Program-made: the position numbers and the translations under genes | The notes under the pieces: generated by a model | Databases searched by the model: none | What the model was told of the DNA's origin: nothing | What the model saw: the letters and a program-made list of their open reading frames with translations, nothing else | Shown here: in pieces, positions 24,294 to 35,699 of the stretch | How positions within the stretch are numbered: the first letter of the stretch is position 1 | How the letters are laid out: each line of letters begins with the position of its first letter | Assembly (NCBI GenBank): GCA_043228905.1 | Contig: JBHGNT010000013.1 | Location: 20,150,001 to 20,214,000, forward strand | DNA: 64,000 bases | Reading direction: 5' to 3' | From: Azolla caroliniana | Lineage: Eukaryota > Plantae > Polypodiophyta

Positions 24294-25019
24294 AAGCCCA
24301 CCTCAAGCAGTTACGATCAAGGAAGTAGAGTACAGCCGACTGGTTTACTCCGAGTGATGATCTAACGCAGCGAGATTCAAGCTTGTGTTTGCCTACTTTC
24401 TTCTCTTTTTCTTCGAATGACGCAGGAAACCGAATGCTGTGCAGGCTGAGACGACGGCCGACAGCGGGTTGAGGAACCGAGTACTGTGCAGGCTCTGATA
24501 CCAGATGTTGAAGACAAGGCCGTCAATGCAGAAGATCAAGTAGCATTCGATTGGGGTTGAGTACCTGTGTATGACAGTTTCCAAGATCGTGCACAGAGAT
24601 AGAGAGAGAGAGAGAGAAGGCACAAAAGCCTCTTTCTATTCAATAGAAACAATAATACAACCAACCTTACAAAAAGGTTACTAGGTCACTTTATATAGTG
24701 ACAAACTTAGGGCAACTACCATTTATGCTAATTACACAAATGACCCAAACTTGAGCTATACAAAGGGATAGTGTGAATACGTCCATTATACACTTGTATT
24801 CGACAATACGTAGGATATTATTTTTATTTAAGTTTTACTATAGAAAATTGATGTATATTCCAGATTGCTCTGGAACATTCTAGAAACTTTAGGACTACTC
24901 TTGAGAACACTATAAAAGGAGGCACAAGGCATTATTTAGAACCAAATCGGTTCAACGCCAATCTTAAGCCTCTTAGCCTTCCTTGTATATTCTTCTCACA
25001 TAATATATCGTTGTCATCA

Positions 25020-25089
<70 letters not shown>

Positions 25090-25186
25090 TCTCTCGAGTG
25101 TTCTACACCCTCTATTCCTCTTAGTACTAATATTCCTCTCTTAGTACTAATTTCTTCTCTGTCCCAGTACTATTCCTGACATCATC

Positions 25187-26000
25187 CCAACTTCACAGAA
25201 TATTGAATAAATTTAGTATGAGACGAAGGATTTGTATGTTTCCAAAGATAATCTTATGGATCCCAATGCAAGTCCAACAACGACGTTTTTTTAAAAACCC
25301 ATAGTTGGCAAAATAACATACTATTAGAAGGAGAAAGCTCTAAAGTCCACTTTTTACTAGATTTACCAATCACTCTCACCGGATGTTGCAATGTCGTTTG
25401 CCAAATTGACAATTCCACATCAGTTTGCCATAATCTTCCTTCCTCCAATACATCAAAATAGTAACAGTCACCTTGAGACGTTGTTCCTTTTGCTCCTATC
25501 ATAACACCAACCGGAGAAAAATATCCAAACCAAACATGCACAAAAGAAGGTGACCAATTAGAGAGAAAATTCCCTAAAGATAATTGAATTGCATCAATCA
25601 TAGGTCTAAAACCCCTACACATGGTAGCATCTAGCTGTGAATTATTAAGATGACAAACATAATTTCCCCAAGAGGCTACCGTGGCAAGTATACCATTATC
25701 CAACTCAGCCCACTGTAATCGCGGTCTACTTCCAAGCAATACACCCCTCTCATCAAAAAAAAAAAAATTCCAAATCAAAGGTTGCCACAACAGTTCTTCA
25801 TTCTAAGATGGGCATCTACGAATCAAAAAAAACTTAACAGCATCCCACACTTTACAAATGCCAACCATAAAACCATATATATCAATTTTCTATATTTACC
25901 AATATAAGTTTGAATTGCTCAAACTCTTGAATCAAATTCCCCCATTTATCATAGGTCTCATCGGCTCATTCCTTGGGATGAAGTAACATGGCACTCTCTA
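25187..26000 (-). mobile_element. Degenerate LINE ORF2 remnant (right part)
   Basis: Trp-rich decayed ORF 25254-25790 on the same strand as 7112-7621. Confidence 0.45.
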
Positions 26001-26234
26001 CTTGAAATCCTTGTAGCCTTTGAAGGGATCTCTATTCCTTGGTGAGCTTCTTTCTATTCTTTACACCTTTCAAATTTCCACAAGTTATGCAATCACAATC
26101 TCCACAAGGCTCATTCTCTTTCATGACTCCTCGATCACCTCTTATTCTGATTCTAATCCACTTTTTCCCTCGCTTTCTCTTTCCTTATACGCACCTCCTT
26201 CATCAACATTTTCTCCCCTCCAATTCGTGTTCCA

Positions 26235-27014
26235 ACTTTGATACCAAGTGTCATGTCCCTATTTTATGGCTAAGCTTAAACACACAAGAAAACGCAAACG
26301 GAAACAAACTTGAGAGAAAATTTCTTATATATTATGTTTAGAGCTCTAAAAGATTACAACTATCCAAAACTTGGAACAAAACCAAAACCCGAAGTTGGGA
26401 CAAGTTGAGACCACTGCCAAAACAGCTAAAGAGAAAGAGAGAGTGCTCCACATTCCTTGAGCAATACAAGTGGATCTCAGAAATCAGGAATGAGAAGAAA
26501 TGAGGAATGGTGTTCCTCAAATAAGCCCAAAGATGGTCATTGGGAGTGACCGTTGGAACAGGTTTGGGGGAGACAACGGTGGTGCACCTTTTCGAACTAG
26601 GACAAGGCCCCTTGGTGAGTCCCAGTCAGTTTTGGAATTGTGTCCCAGTTGGGATTGAATAAGAACACCACAGAGTTGTTGTCCAAGTTGTGAGCATATG
26701 ATATTTTAAATATATTAAGAATTTTTTTGGATCGACTGATCCGGTTTCAAGGAAGAGGAGTACATACGAAGTTTGCACCTTTAACTTGGAAAAGAGAAAC
26801 TCGAAAAGAGAGGGAGAGAATATCAAAGGCATAAATTTTACTCTCATCAAATGGATGGGACATTTGACAAATTTCACCAAGATAATTGGTCTAAATTTGA
26901 AACGTTTCGCGTAGCATTGCCACGCTCCCAATGGGGAAGTGCCACTGAAAACGAAGCATGGGTCCAAGCCCCGGGGTGTTGGTCCAACTTGGGTCCTCTC
27001 AATTTGGCATGACT
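26235..27014 (-). mobile_element. Truncated LTR element: LTR ~26249-27014 with a degenerate tRNA-Met PBS
   Basis: (C)TTTGATACCA followed by AG and TGTCATG...CATGAC; no second LTR is visible. Confidence 0.5.
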
Positions 27015-27281
27015 TATGAACTAGCTAGCTATCTATGGTCATAACTTATAAGTCATTCATTCACTTATCTCACTCATTTATGAACCGTATCTTCATCTCA
27101 CTTTCTCTCATGAACTCAGGTAGAGTACTGTTCTTGAGGCTTGACAGAGTGAGAAAAGTCTATACATATGGCAAAGCTTCCTGCTGTCCATGGAGGTATT
27201 TCCTTTGAAGGACCCATCCGAGAAATCTATAGGAAATGGAGTTAGCAGCAATCTTTCCTTGTTTTAGAGAGAAGAGACGTG

Positions 27282-29534
27282 ATGGCCGAAGAAGAAACCA
27301 TAGCTTTTCTTCTTCAATCTCACTCTCCTCTTCTTCCTTCTCCTCAACAATGCCTGCTTCTTCATGCTCGAATGGTCTGTTTTGGGCTGGATCAGAAAAC
27401 CCATCTGGCTAATGTCCTCCTGCACAGGTATGCAAAATCCATGGAAATCTCAAATGCTAGTGTTTTGTTTAACAAGATTCATAAGAGAGATGTGGTCTCT
27501 TGGAACACCATGATGGGTGCATATGCCAATGCCCAAGATGAGAGACATCATGCCCAAGCAGTGCCTTGCCATGTCCAGAAAGTTCAACCTCACCCCAAAG
27601 AGGTGCCACATTATGCCCAAAAGGTGTCAGTTCATGCTGGAGAATTGCTTAGTTATGCCCAAGAATCACTATGTCACGCTCAAGAAGTGTCACATCATTT
27701 GCAGGAAATTCAAGGTGATACTCAAGTTGTACCACATCATGCCAAACAAGTGACACATCTTTCCGCCCAGGAAGTGTCCAATCAAGCCCAAAGAGTGCCG
27801 TATCCTGCTCGAGAAGAGACACAGCACATCCAAAAGGCCCTTGAAATGCTCACACAAATGGTAACGGAGGGTGTTAGTCCAGACAGGGTCACATTCATCA
27901 TATGTCTCAAGGCATGTTCCCGTGTTGCCTCTCTCGTAGAGGGCGAGCATGTTCACACCTTGGCTGTGGGGGCTGGATTGCACACTGACATTATGGTCGC
28001 CACTGGACTTATCGACATGTATGGCCGATGTCGAGATGTTGATCAAGCTAAGATTGTATTTAGCAAGGTTAGTGTTGCTCTTGATGCGGCAGCTTATAAC
28101 TCCCTCATGGGAGCTTTTGTTAGGAAAGGACGCCACCATGAGGCTCTGAGGCTCTTATCAGAGATGCGGGCACGAGATGTGAAACCAAACACGATCACAT
28201 TCATCAATGCATTGAGTGCATGTGTTTCCCCTGAAAACCTTAGGGATGGGAAATTTATCCACGCTTGTATCTCTGATGAATTGCTTGAATCAAATGTGGT
28301 ATTGAGAAATGCCCTTATGACTATGTATGGGAAGTGTGGAGACCCTACCAACGCTCGGATTATGTTCGGTAAAGTCGAGAAGCGCACCGTGGTATCATGG
28401 ACATCCATGATTACTGAGTGTACTCGGCAAGGCTGCAATAGAGAAGCTTTGGATTACTTCTACCAAATGCAAGAACAAGGCATGGAGCCAGATAAGGTCA
28501 CTTTCATAAGTGCTCTATCCGCATGTGCAAGCCTCGAATCTATGGCTGAGGGCAAGGAAATCCATGCATTGGTTACATACAAAGGGTTCGAGCTCGATGT
28601 TATCACTGGGACAGCTCTTGTCAATATGTATGGTAAATGCAAACTTCTCGATGATGCCCTTGCTGCCTTCAATAACATCACTCAACAAACGGTGATATCA
28701 TGGAATGCAATCATCACAGTTTATGCCCAACAAGGATTAGGCCACGAAGCTCTTGAGCTGTTTAGGAAAATGCAGCAAGAAGAAGACATGGAACCTGATA
28801 AGGTCACATTTATCGGTATTCTTACTGCGTGTGCTTGCATCGGGGCATTAGATGAAGGCATAGCAATTCATAATAATATTGCAGATCTCGGGCTCGAATC
28901 TGATTTTGTCATTAGCAATGCCATTGTCAACATGTATGGTAAATGTGCCGCTTTACAGAAGGCTCGGTCGGTATTCGATAATATGCACAAACGGAATGTG
29001 GTCACATGGACAGCACTGATCACAGCGTACGCTCAACAAGGACATGGTAGCGAAGCTTTGAATTTGTACAAGAAAATGCAAGAAGAGAGGGTGATGCCAA
29101 ATGCGACCACTTTTTTAAGCCTTATTTCCGCATGTAGTCATGCAGGGCTGGTAGAGGAGGGCTTGTTCTATTTTTCTTCAATGAGAGATGAACATGGTGT
29201 AGAGCCGACGTATGAGCATTATGGGAGCATGGTTGATCTTCTTGGGAGAGCAGGTCTTTTAACTGAAGCTGAGGATTTCATTAATAAAATGCCAATGGAA
29301 GCCGATGCTTGTGTTTGGACATCTTTACTTGGTGCTTGTCGGATGCACGGTGACATGGAACGAGCAAAAAGAGCTGCAGAAAACGTGGTCCACTTAGAGG
29401 GAAACAATGCATCTGCTTATGTTTTGCTCTTTAACATGTATGCTTTAGATGGGAAGGAGAATGACATGGAAAGAATCAGGAAGATGATGACAAAGAGAGG
29501 GATAGATAAGCAATTAGGTTGTAGCTTGATTTGA
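27282..29534 (+). CDS. PLS-class pentatricopeptide repeat protein, E subgroup, no DYW domain (probable organellar RNA-editing specificity factor)
   Basis: 750-aa ORF with P-L-S triplets (VVSWTSMI, PDKVTFISALSAC, GNA/GTALVNMYGKC), ACSHAGLVEEG, E domains (WTSLLGACRMHG) and a GCSLI end. Possible short upstream exon 27168-27195 with an in-frame GT-AG intron to 27267. Confidence 0.93.
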   Translation: MAEEETIAFLLQSHSPLLPSPQQCLLLHARMVCFGLDQKTHLANVLLHRYAKSMEISNASVLFNKIHKRDVVSWNTMMGAYANAQDERHHAQAVPCHVQKVQPHPKEVPHYAQKVSVHAGELLSYAQESLCHAQEVSHHLQEIQGDTQVVPHHAKQVTHLSAQEVSNQAQRVPYPAREETQHIQKALEMLTQMVTEGVSPDRVTFIICLKACSRVASLVEGEHVHTLAVGAGLHTDIMVATGLIDMYGRCRDVDQAKIVFSKVSVALDAAAYNSLMGAFVRKGRHHEALRLLSEMRARDVKPNTITFINALSACVSPENLRDGKFIHACISDELLESNVVLRNALMTMYGKCGDPTNARIMFGKVEKRTVVSWTSMITECTRQGCNREALDYFYQMQEQGMEPDKVTFISALSACASLESMAEGKEIHALVTYKGFELDVITGTALVNMYGKCKLLDDALAAFNNITQQTVISWNAIITVYAQQGLGHEALELFRKMQQEEDMEPDKVTFIGILTACACIGALDEGIAIHNNIADLGLESDFVISNAIVNMYGKCAALQKARSVFDNMHKRNVVTWTALITAYAQQGHGSEALNLYKKMQEERVMPNATTFLSLISACSHAGLVEEGLFYFSSMRDEHGVEPTYEHYGSMVDLLGRAGLLTEAEDFINKMPMEADACVWTSLLGACRMHGDMERAKRAAENVVHLEGNNASAYVLLFNMYALDGKENDMERIRKMMTKRGIDKQLGCSLI

Positions 29535-29994
29535 ATTGTAGTAAGACAATGAGTAACATTTTGGTTCCATCAGAGGGTATGCTTGTACATAAAGGGAGGA
29601 GGTGGTGGAACTCTGTCACATCCTTAGACATCCGGATTGGAATCTATAAAGTTCAGCCTAAAGGAATAAAACCCATCATTAGCTATTGAACTCTCAAAAT
29701 GTGAATACACACTTCGTTGGATGGCGGCCCTATAAATAACATTCCAAGCCCTGATTTGGGTCATTGAGTGATCATCACACTTGGACTCTGCTCCTAACAT
29801 CTGTTGTATTATAAAAGAGCTTTCCTGGTTTTGTGTATATGTAGTGACCTTGTCGCTCCCCTAGACACCGGCACATAAACTTGAGATTTGACTTCCAATG
29901 TGTTAGTATATTCTTCAATGGAGAGAGGTTCTATGGAAAGAATTCTCGCAAGCTTTGTTTCGGATCATCAAGGAATCACAATACTTGGATTGGT

Positions 29995-30180
29995 TCCATG
30001 TATCATAGATACCTTTTGGGGAAGTTGTTTGTATTGTTGGCCTATTAACAGACGTGTGTCCATGTATGATACATTTTGGGATGTCGTTTGTACTGTGAGA
30101 ACATTAACATATGTGTGTCCATGTATGATAACTTTTGGGGATGGTGTTTGTATTGTTGTTTCACTATTAACATTTGTGTG
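29995..30180. repeat. ~59-bp degenerate tandem repeat x3 followed by (GT)n
   Basis: Recurrent CCATGTATGATA...TTTTGGG...GTTTGTA...ATTAACA. Confidence 0.7.
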
Positions 30181-31824
30181 TGTGTGTGTATGTGTGTGTG
30201 TATGTGTGTGTGTGGAACAATATATACAGACTTTGTTATGTCTCTAGGTAGCCCAATGGGAGCCAACAATGAATCTTCTGTTAGATATAATCAATGATCA
30301 GCCCCAAGTTGTAAATCTATCCCCATATGTGCTCTTAGAGTGCACATTTTGTGATAGCGCTACAAATGAGGAGCGGCTAGTGTGCAACTCAATCATATGG
30401 GTCGATAAGGTGTTAATCTAGGAAACCGTAGATGCATAGAACACAATGGATTTAGGAAAGAGCGAAATAGGTAATAAGATTGGCTAATCAAGTCAACTAG
30501 AATATTTTGTGGGCAAGTTACAATGTACTTAGTCTTGAAGCATGTGCCATTGACTTCAAGATAAGTACTATCTAGCACATGCCTATATCTAGGGAGTTGG
30601 GTCATAGTAAATGACAAGTCAGTTGAAAGAAAAGGAATATCTCCACTACTATCAATTGACATGCACATTTAATGTTACACTTAGACCAAACAGAGAATAT
30701 AATCCACTCTCTTACACAGTGGTGTATTGATCATCAGTCCCCACTAATTTTGTAGTGAGCTGGTCCAAATCCCATCTAAGCTCTAAGGTGTGAGCGCATG
30801 GGTGAACTACCATTGTGAGCTACTCTCGTATGTAATAGAAGTTTTGTTTTCATATATCCATCTCTGTGGTTGTAACTCTATATACCTATCTAATCGATTC
30901 TCAATATTTCTAACATGTTCAGTTGTTAAAATAAGAGAATGGACCCCGATGATGTAAACAGCCCTTTGTTGGAGGTGAGTTAGGGAGTTGTATAAGTAGA
31001 AATATCCTAGATTTCAAGTGATCGCGACTTGTACTCTTGCTTTTAGCACAAGTGTCGTGTGGTTCAGCTAGTATGGGCGGTAAGGGCTAGTGAATTTAGG
31101 GGAGGGAGTGTATTAGCTAGCTATGTAGGTCGGTCATCTACCCTTGTTGCAATCTATTGTGGGAATTCGGCATATCTCGTGTCATGTAGTAAGATCTAAG
31201 ATTGTGGAGGGGTGGAAGTTATAGATGAGTGCATAGCTCATCATAGGCATACAATCAATCTTAGATGGGCATACAATGGATTCACACTCAAGATCCTATG
31301 CAAGAGTAACGAAAGGATCGGATGTAACATAGGCAGGTTTCATAGTTATATGTTAGCAATGTGGGTTGGAACACATGGCAACAAATCAATAGAGGCATAG
31401 AACGATTATTATCTATGAGTCTGACAACCCATGCGATGGACTGGCCGGGGGCAGAGTCCGGCGAGTGAATTGTGTGTATTTTTTAGCTTGCCTTCTAGCA
31501 TAATGTGAAAGATTATGACACGAGGGGCATGGTTTTGACAAATAGTGGGAGTGTGAATCCAACCTAAAGACTTTAATCAAATGTGTTGAAAAAACGCCTC
31601 TTTGGGAATCCATTCCAATGACTTCTGAGGCTAACAAGACTCCTCGTATTTATGATATAAAAATCTCTCTCTTTCTGTGTCCATAAATTTTCATTCATGC
31701 TATATTGGGTCAAACCCCTCTCTCTCTGTCTCTCTCAAGTCAAGCTACATATCTATACAGACAGAACTTGACGCCACCTCTCGAGAATCAAATCCCTCAG
31801 AATCAGATCGATTTTTTCTCTACG

Positions 31825-34800
31825 ATGGGGAATTGCGTGCATTCGCGAACCACAGAGCGAGATCCCATCAAAACAGGTAAGGTTTATACCATCCAATTAA
31901 GCGTGTAATCGATCTGATCGAGTGTGCTAAACCCATCTGATTAAGCAAACGAGAGAATTAATCGTCTTTGTTTATTAAGTGATGTGATAAAGCATTCGAG
32001 GCAGTGCATTTATTCTCTCCTCAATTAAGCTATAGAATAATCTGATCCTCTTATTAAGTGTGGAAGGGATCATCAGGGTTCACTCCCAGTTCTTCTTCAT
32101 TTGCTCTGTTTCAAGTTAGGGTAGTAAATGGTTTGGCTCGCGGATCCCGATCTGCGAGAGTGATTAGGGAGCGGGAGGGCTGATTAGCGATGTTAATCGG
32201 GGTAATTAAAGGAAGGATTTAGGCTCTTGGAGAGCTCCGTCAGATGTGACGGGATGGAGAGGCACTCCGTCATGTCTTAACGGGGCTTGAACGGGTCGTC
32301 TCCTCCTCCGTAGGCTCAGAGGTGTTTCGACATAATAATAATAATAATAGGCTTTTATTTATTCAATAAGTACATACATAAGTGTGTTCAAGTTCTTGTC
32401 GACCTTCCTTTGGCTACTTCTAATAGTACTACTACTTTTCTTGTGCCCACATACATATGTACATATATATGTATTTAGCCCTTTGGCTACTTCTACTACT
32501 ACTACTACTACTTTTGTGCCCACATATGTATATATGCATTTAGTATTTACGAGCAACTTGCAAGTCAATTCCGGAGAGACCCTAGGAGCCTCGTGCCCAT
32601 CGCCAAATTCTCCCCGGGAAAACCATAAAGGCCTTCTTATTTGTTAACCACTTGTGGTAATGAATTTCCCGGCGTAGGTGCGGGTGCGGGTGCAAGTGGG
32701 GGCGATGCCAGCATCACATCCACGTCCGCAAATACCTCCTTCATGCTAAGCAGCTGTGAATTCTCAACTCTCAGCGGGAGCGGACCCTTCTCTGGTGGCT
32801 TCAACAACCAGCTCGGAAGTGGGGGCAACTCCGCTCTAAGGGCCTTCTCGTATGGAGACCTCAAGGCCGCGACCGGTAACTTCCGACAAAGTAACATGTT
32901 GGGCGAAGGCGGGTTTGGGTGCGTATTCAAGGGTCATATCGATGCCACCACTTTCATGCCTACCCGTGCAAACCAAGGCATTGTCATCGCTGTCAAGAAG
33001 CTCAATGTAGAAAGCTTGCAAGGCCACAAGGAATGGTTGGTACGTATTGTCCTTATCTTTTCCTTTGTTAAAAAGTCCTTTTAATTTAATTCATTCATCA
33101 CAAACTTGGTTATTTTCTTCTAGCACCCCTAAATATTTCATTATTTCTGAGCAACGACAATGGAAGGGTATTTTGTGGAATATCCCAAATTTAAAGGGCC
33201 TTAAGCAAAATTTAAACGGGAGGGTGTTCCAAATATTGTTGTGCAAATTCGGAACTATTTACAACAAGAAGGAATTAAAAAATTTTGTAAATTGTAAATA
33301 TTTTCACTGTAAATTGTAAATATTTTGTAAAAATCTACTTCTCCGTGACCTAACCGGATTTTCAAAATTTTTATTGGCCATTTCCCTACTAAGAAATGGT
33401 TGTTTACGAAGAAAAATAGTTCAATGAAAATTTTTAATTCCTTCTTGTTGTAAATAGTTCAATGAAAATTTCCGGATTTGCACAACAATATTTACAATTT
33501 ACAATATTTTCATTGAACTATTTACAACAAGAAGGAATTAAAAATTTTCATTGAACTATTTTTCTTCGTAAACAACCATTTCTTAGTAGGGAAATGGCCA
33601 ATAAAAATTTTGAAAATCCGGTTAGGTCACGGAGAAGTAGAAAAATTTCTAATTGAGGTAAAAAAATTCCCCAATATTGATTACAAAGTCTTTACATTTT
33701 GAAAATTCGTGCAATGCATCAATCATTTAATGACTTGTTTCTTCTTAAATGTTCCTAGTCTTCCCATCTAAAAATATGTACCATTTAGGGGTTTATTGAC
33801 ACGTTACTTTGTTTCGTTCAATCGTTTGATTGATCGAGTTATTTAATTCATTCGGTTTGTCAGGCCCTTTTGTCAATGTACATAGACCTATTCTCTAATT
33901 ATCTCTTTTTGTCCTTGGCCAAAAAGGAGAATTTTCTAGGAGATTTCGGTATCAACTTAATCCTCTTCTCTTGCGTCTTTTTCATTAGTTTCATGTACTT
34001 TTCTATGGAATTCATTTGTGCACATTTGATATGGATCATATGTTGGCACTTCCCCTACGATTGTGTTTGCTTTAGAGTGCACTTGTTCCGCTTTCAATAA
34101 TGATTTCACTCTTCCGACACTTTGGTAGAGTAATTTGCACACTTTTGGCTTACCTTAAAACAAGTCCTTCCTTAATATTGTCGTGTGTAGGCGGAGATAC
34201 ACTTTCTTGGTGAAATTCATCATCCCAACCTTGTTAGGTTGATTGGATTTTGTGCAGAAGCAGAACATCGCTTGCTCGTGTATGAGTTCATGCAAAGAGG
34301 GAGCCTCGACAATCATCTTTTTAGAAGTGAGTGGTCTCTCATAGTTTCTCATATTTTTATAATTTGCACAATTTCGGCCATAATCCATAGCTTCAAATGT
34401 ATAGATACGAGGAATGTCCTATAGTTCCTCCCCAATGTCATGTTGATTTTGAAGTATCCATTCTATATGTTCATGTTATTTATACTTTTGTTGAATGCAA
34501 TTGAGTAGAAGGAAATAGCCGACAAACATTATCATGGGCGATGAGAATGAAGATTGCGGTCCATGCAGCACGTGGGCTTTCTTACCTTCATACATGTCAA
34601 AGACCGATCATATATAGAGACTTCAAGTCGGCAAATATACTTTTGGATAATGTGAGTCTATATGAGAGTTAACTAATTGGAAAGAACTCCAGAATACCCC
34701 CAGATTTTCTTTATTTCCCCTTGTTTGGCCATGAATGCTTGTTATTTCCCCAAATGCTGCCCTTGGTTGACCATAGGAAAGGGGTATTTTGGAGTTGTTC

Positions 34801-35699
34801 TACAAAATCATATTACAACTAATGTAGGAAGATGTCTTCTTCTTTTTGGCTAACATATAACCAAATGTGCATATTCAATTTCACTTTGCAGGAGTTCAAT
34901 GCAAAATTATCTGATTTCGGACTTGCAAAGGATGGACCGGTAGGCAATAATACGCACGTGACGACGAGAATCATGGGGACATATGGATATGCAGCCCCTG
35001 AATATGTTGCTACTGGTAAAGACCATTTCTCTTACAGGCTATGTTACATAATGCTTTGAAAGTGATGTTGGCTGCATAGATTATACATTTCAGGCATGTG
35101 CTTTAGAAAGTGATGGCATCACATCACGACCATACATGCTTGGTCATAGATTCTAGTACAATATTCTTTGCAGTGCTTCTGATGTTTCGCTGAATAGAGT
35201 ATATGCCAAGGAATAGTTTTGCAAGTGATGGCATCATGTTGTGCATATATACTTGTTGTTATGTGGTGAAATATGTACTCAGTAGTAGCATGTATTGGTA
35301 TATGTGGTAGGCCGATTGACGGCAAAGAGCGATGTGTATGGGTACGGAGTGGTGCTACTCGAGATCTTGACAGGCCGAAGAGCCGTGGAGAAAAGCAAAC
35401 CAATCGACGAACGAAACCTGGTTGATTGGGCGACACCCTTCTTGAACGACAAGACCAAGATTCTACGCATCATGGACCAGAAGCTAGATGGGCAGTTCTC
35501 ACAGAAAGGGGCAAAATTGGCCGCCAAATTGGCCGTCCACTGCCTCCAAGAGGATGCTAAGCGCCGGCCCACCATGAAGCAAGTTCTGGATTTCATTGAG
35601 CCTCTATGTGAATCTCGTGTTAATTCCGCCACAGCTGCGACATCCCCTTTTCACATTCACGACGTTGCCACAGCTTTGGCAGAAACTCACCATAGCTAG
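31825..35699 (+). CDS. Receptor-like cytoplasmic kinase VII (PBL/APK1/BIK1-like), 6 exons
   Basis: Exons 31825-31876, 32678-33039, 34191-34326, 34509-34651, 34892-35015, 35311-35699 with GT-AG introns. Motifs [20 protein letters not shown]...[27 protein letters not shown] and [10 protein letters not shown]. Confidence 0.93.
33334..33641. repeat. Perfect 136-bp inverted repeat (36-nt spacer) in intron 2 of the kinase gene
   Basis: 33334-33469 is the reverse complement of 33506-33641. Confidence 0.92.
34679..34802. mobile_element. Possible small MITE in intron 4
   Basis: Imperfect terminal inverted repeats GAACTCCAGAATACCCC / GGGGTATTTTGGAGTTG; no TSD confirmed. Confidence 0.4.

Larger units (their letters stand above)
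19413..24805 (-). mobile_element. Young Ty1/Copia element B inserted in the chromovirus 3' LTR
   Basis: 300-bp LTRs 19413-19712 and 24506-24805 (2 differences seen), TSD ATACG, tRNA-iMet PBS 24492-24503 and PPT 19713-19719. Confidence 0.97.
7622..25181 (+). mobile_element. Full-length degenerate Ty3/Gypsy chromovirus (Tcn1-like) with three nested insertions
   Basis: 5' LTR 7622-8062; 3' LTR 19329-19412 + 24811-25181; TSD TCATT/TCATC; PPT AAAGGGGGGATAG at 19316-19328; domain order gag-PR-RT-RH-IN-chromodomain. Confidence 0.93.

Noticed and set aside
30300-31450. Possible decayed Copia fragment
   Set aside because: Only faint hints; boundaries and identity are unsupported.
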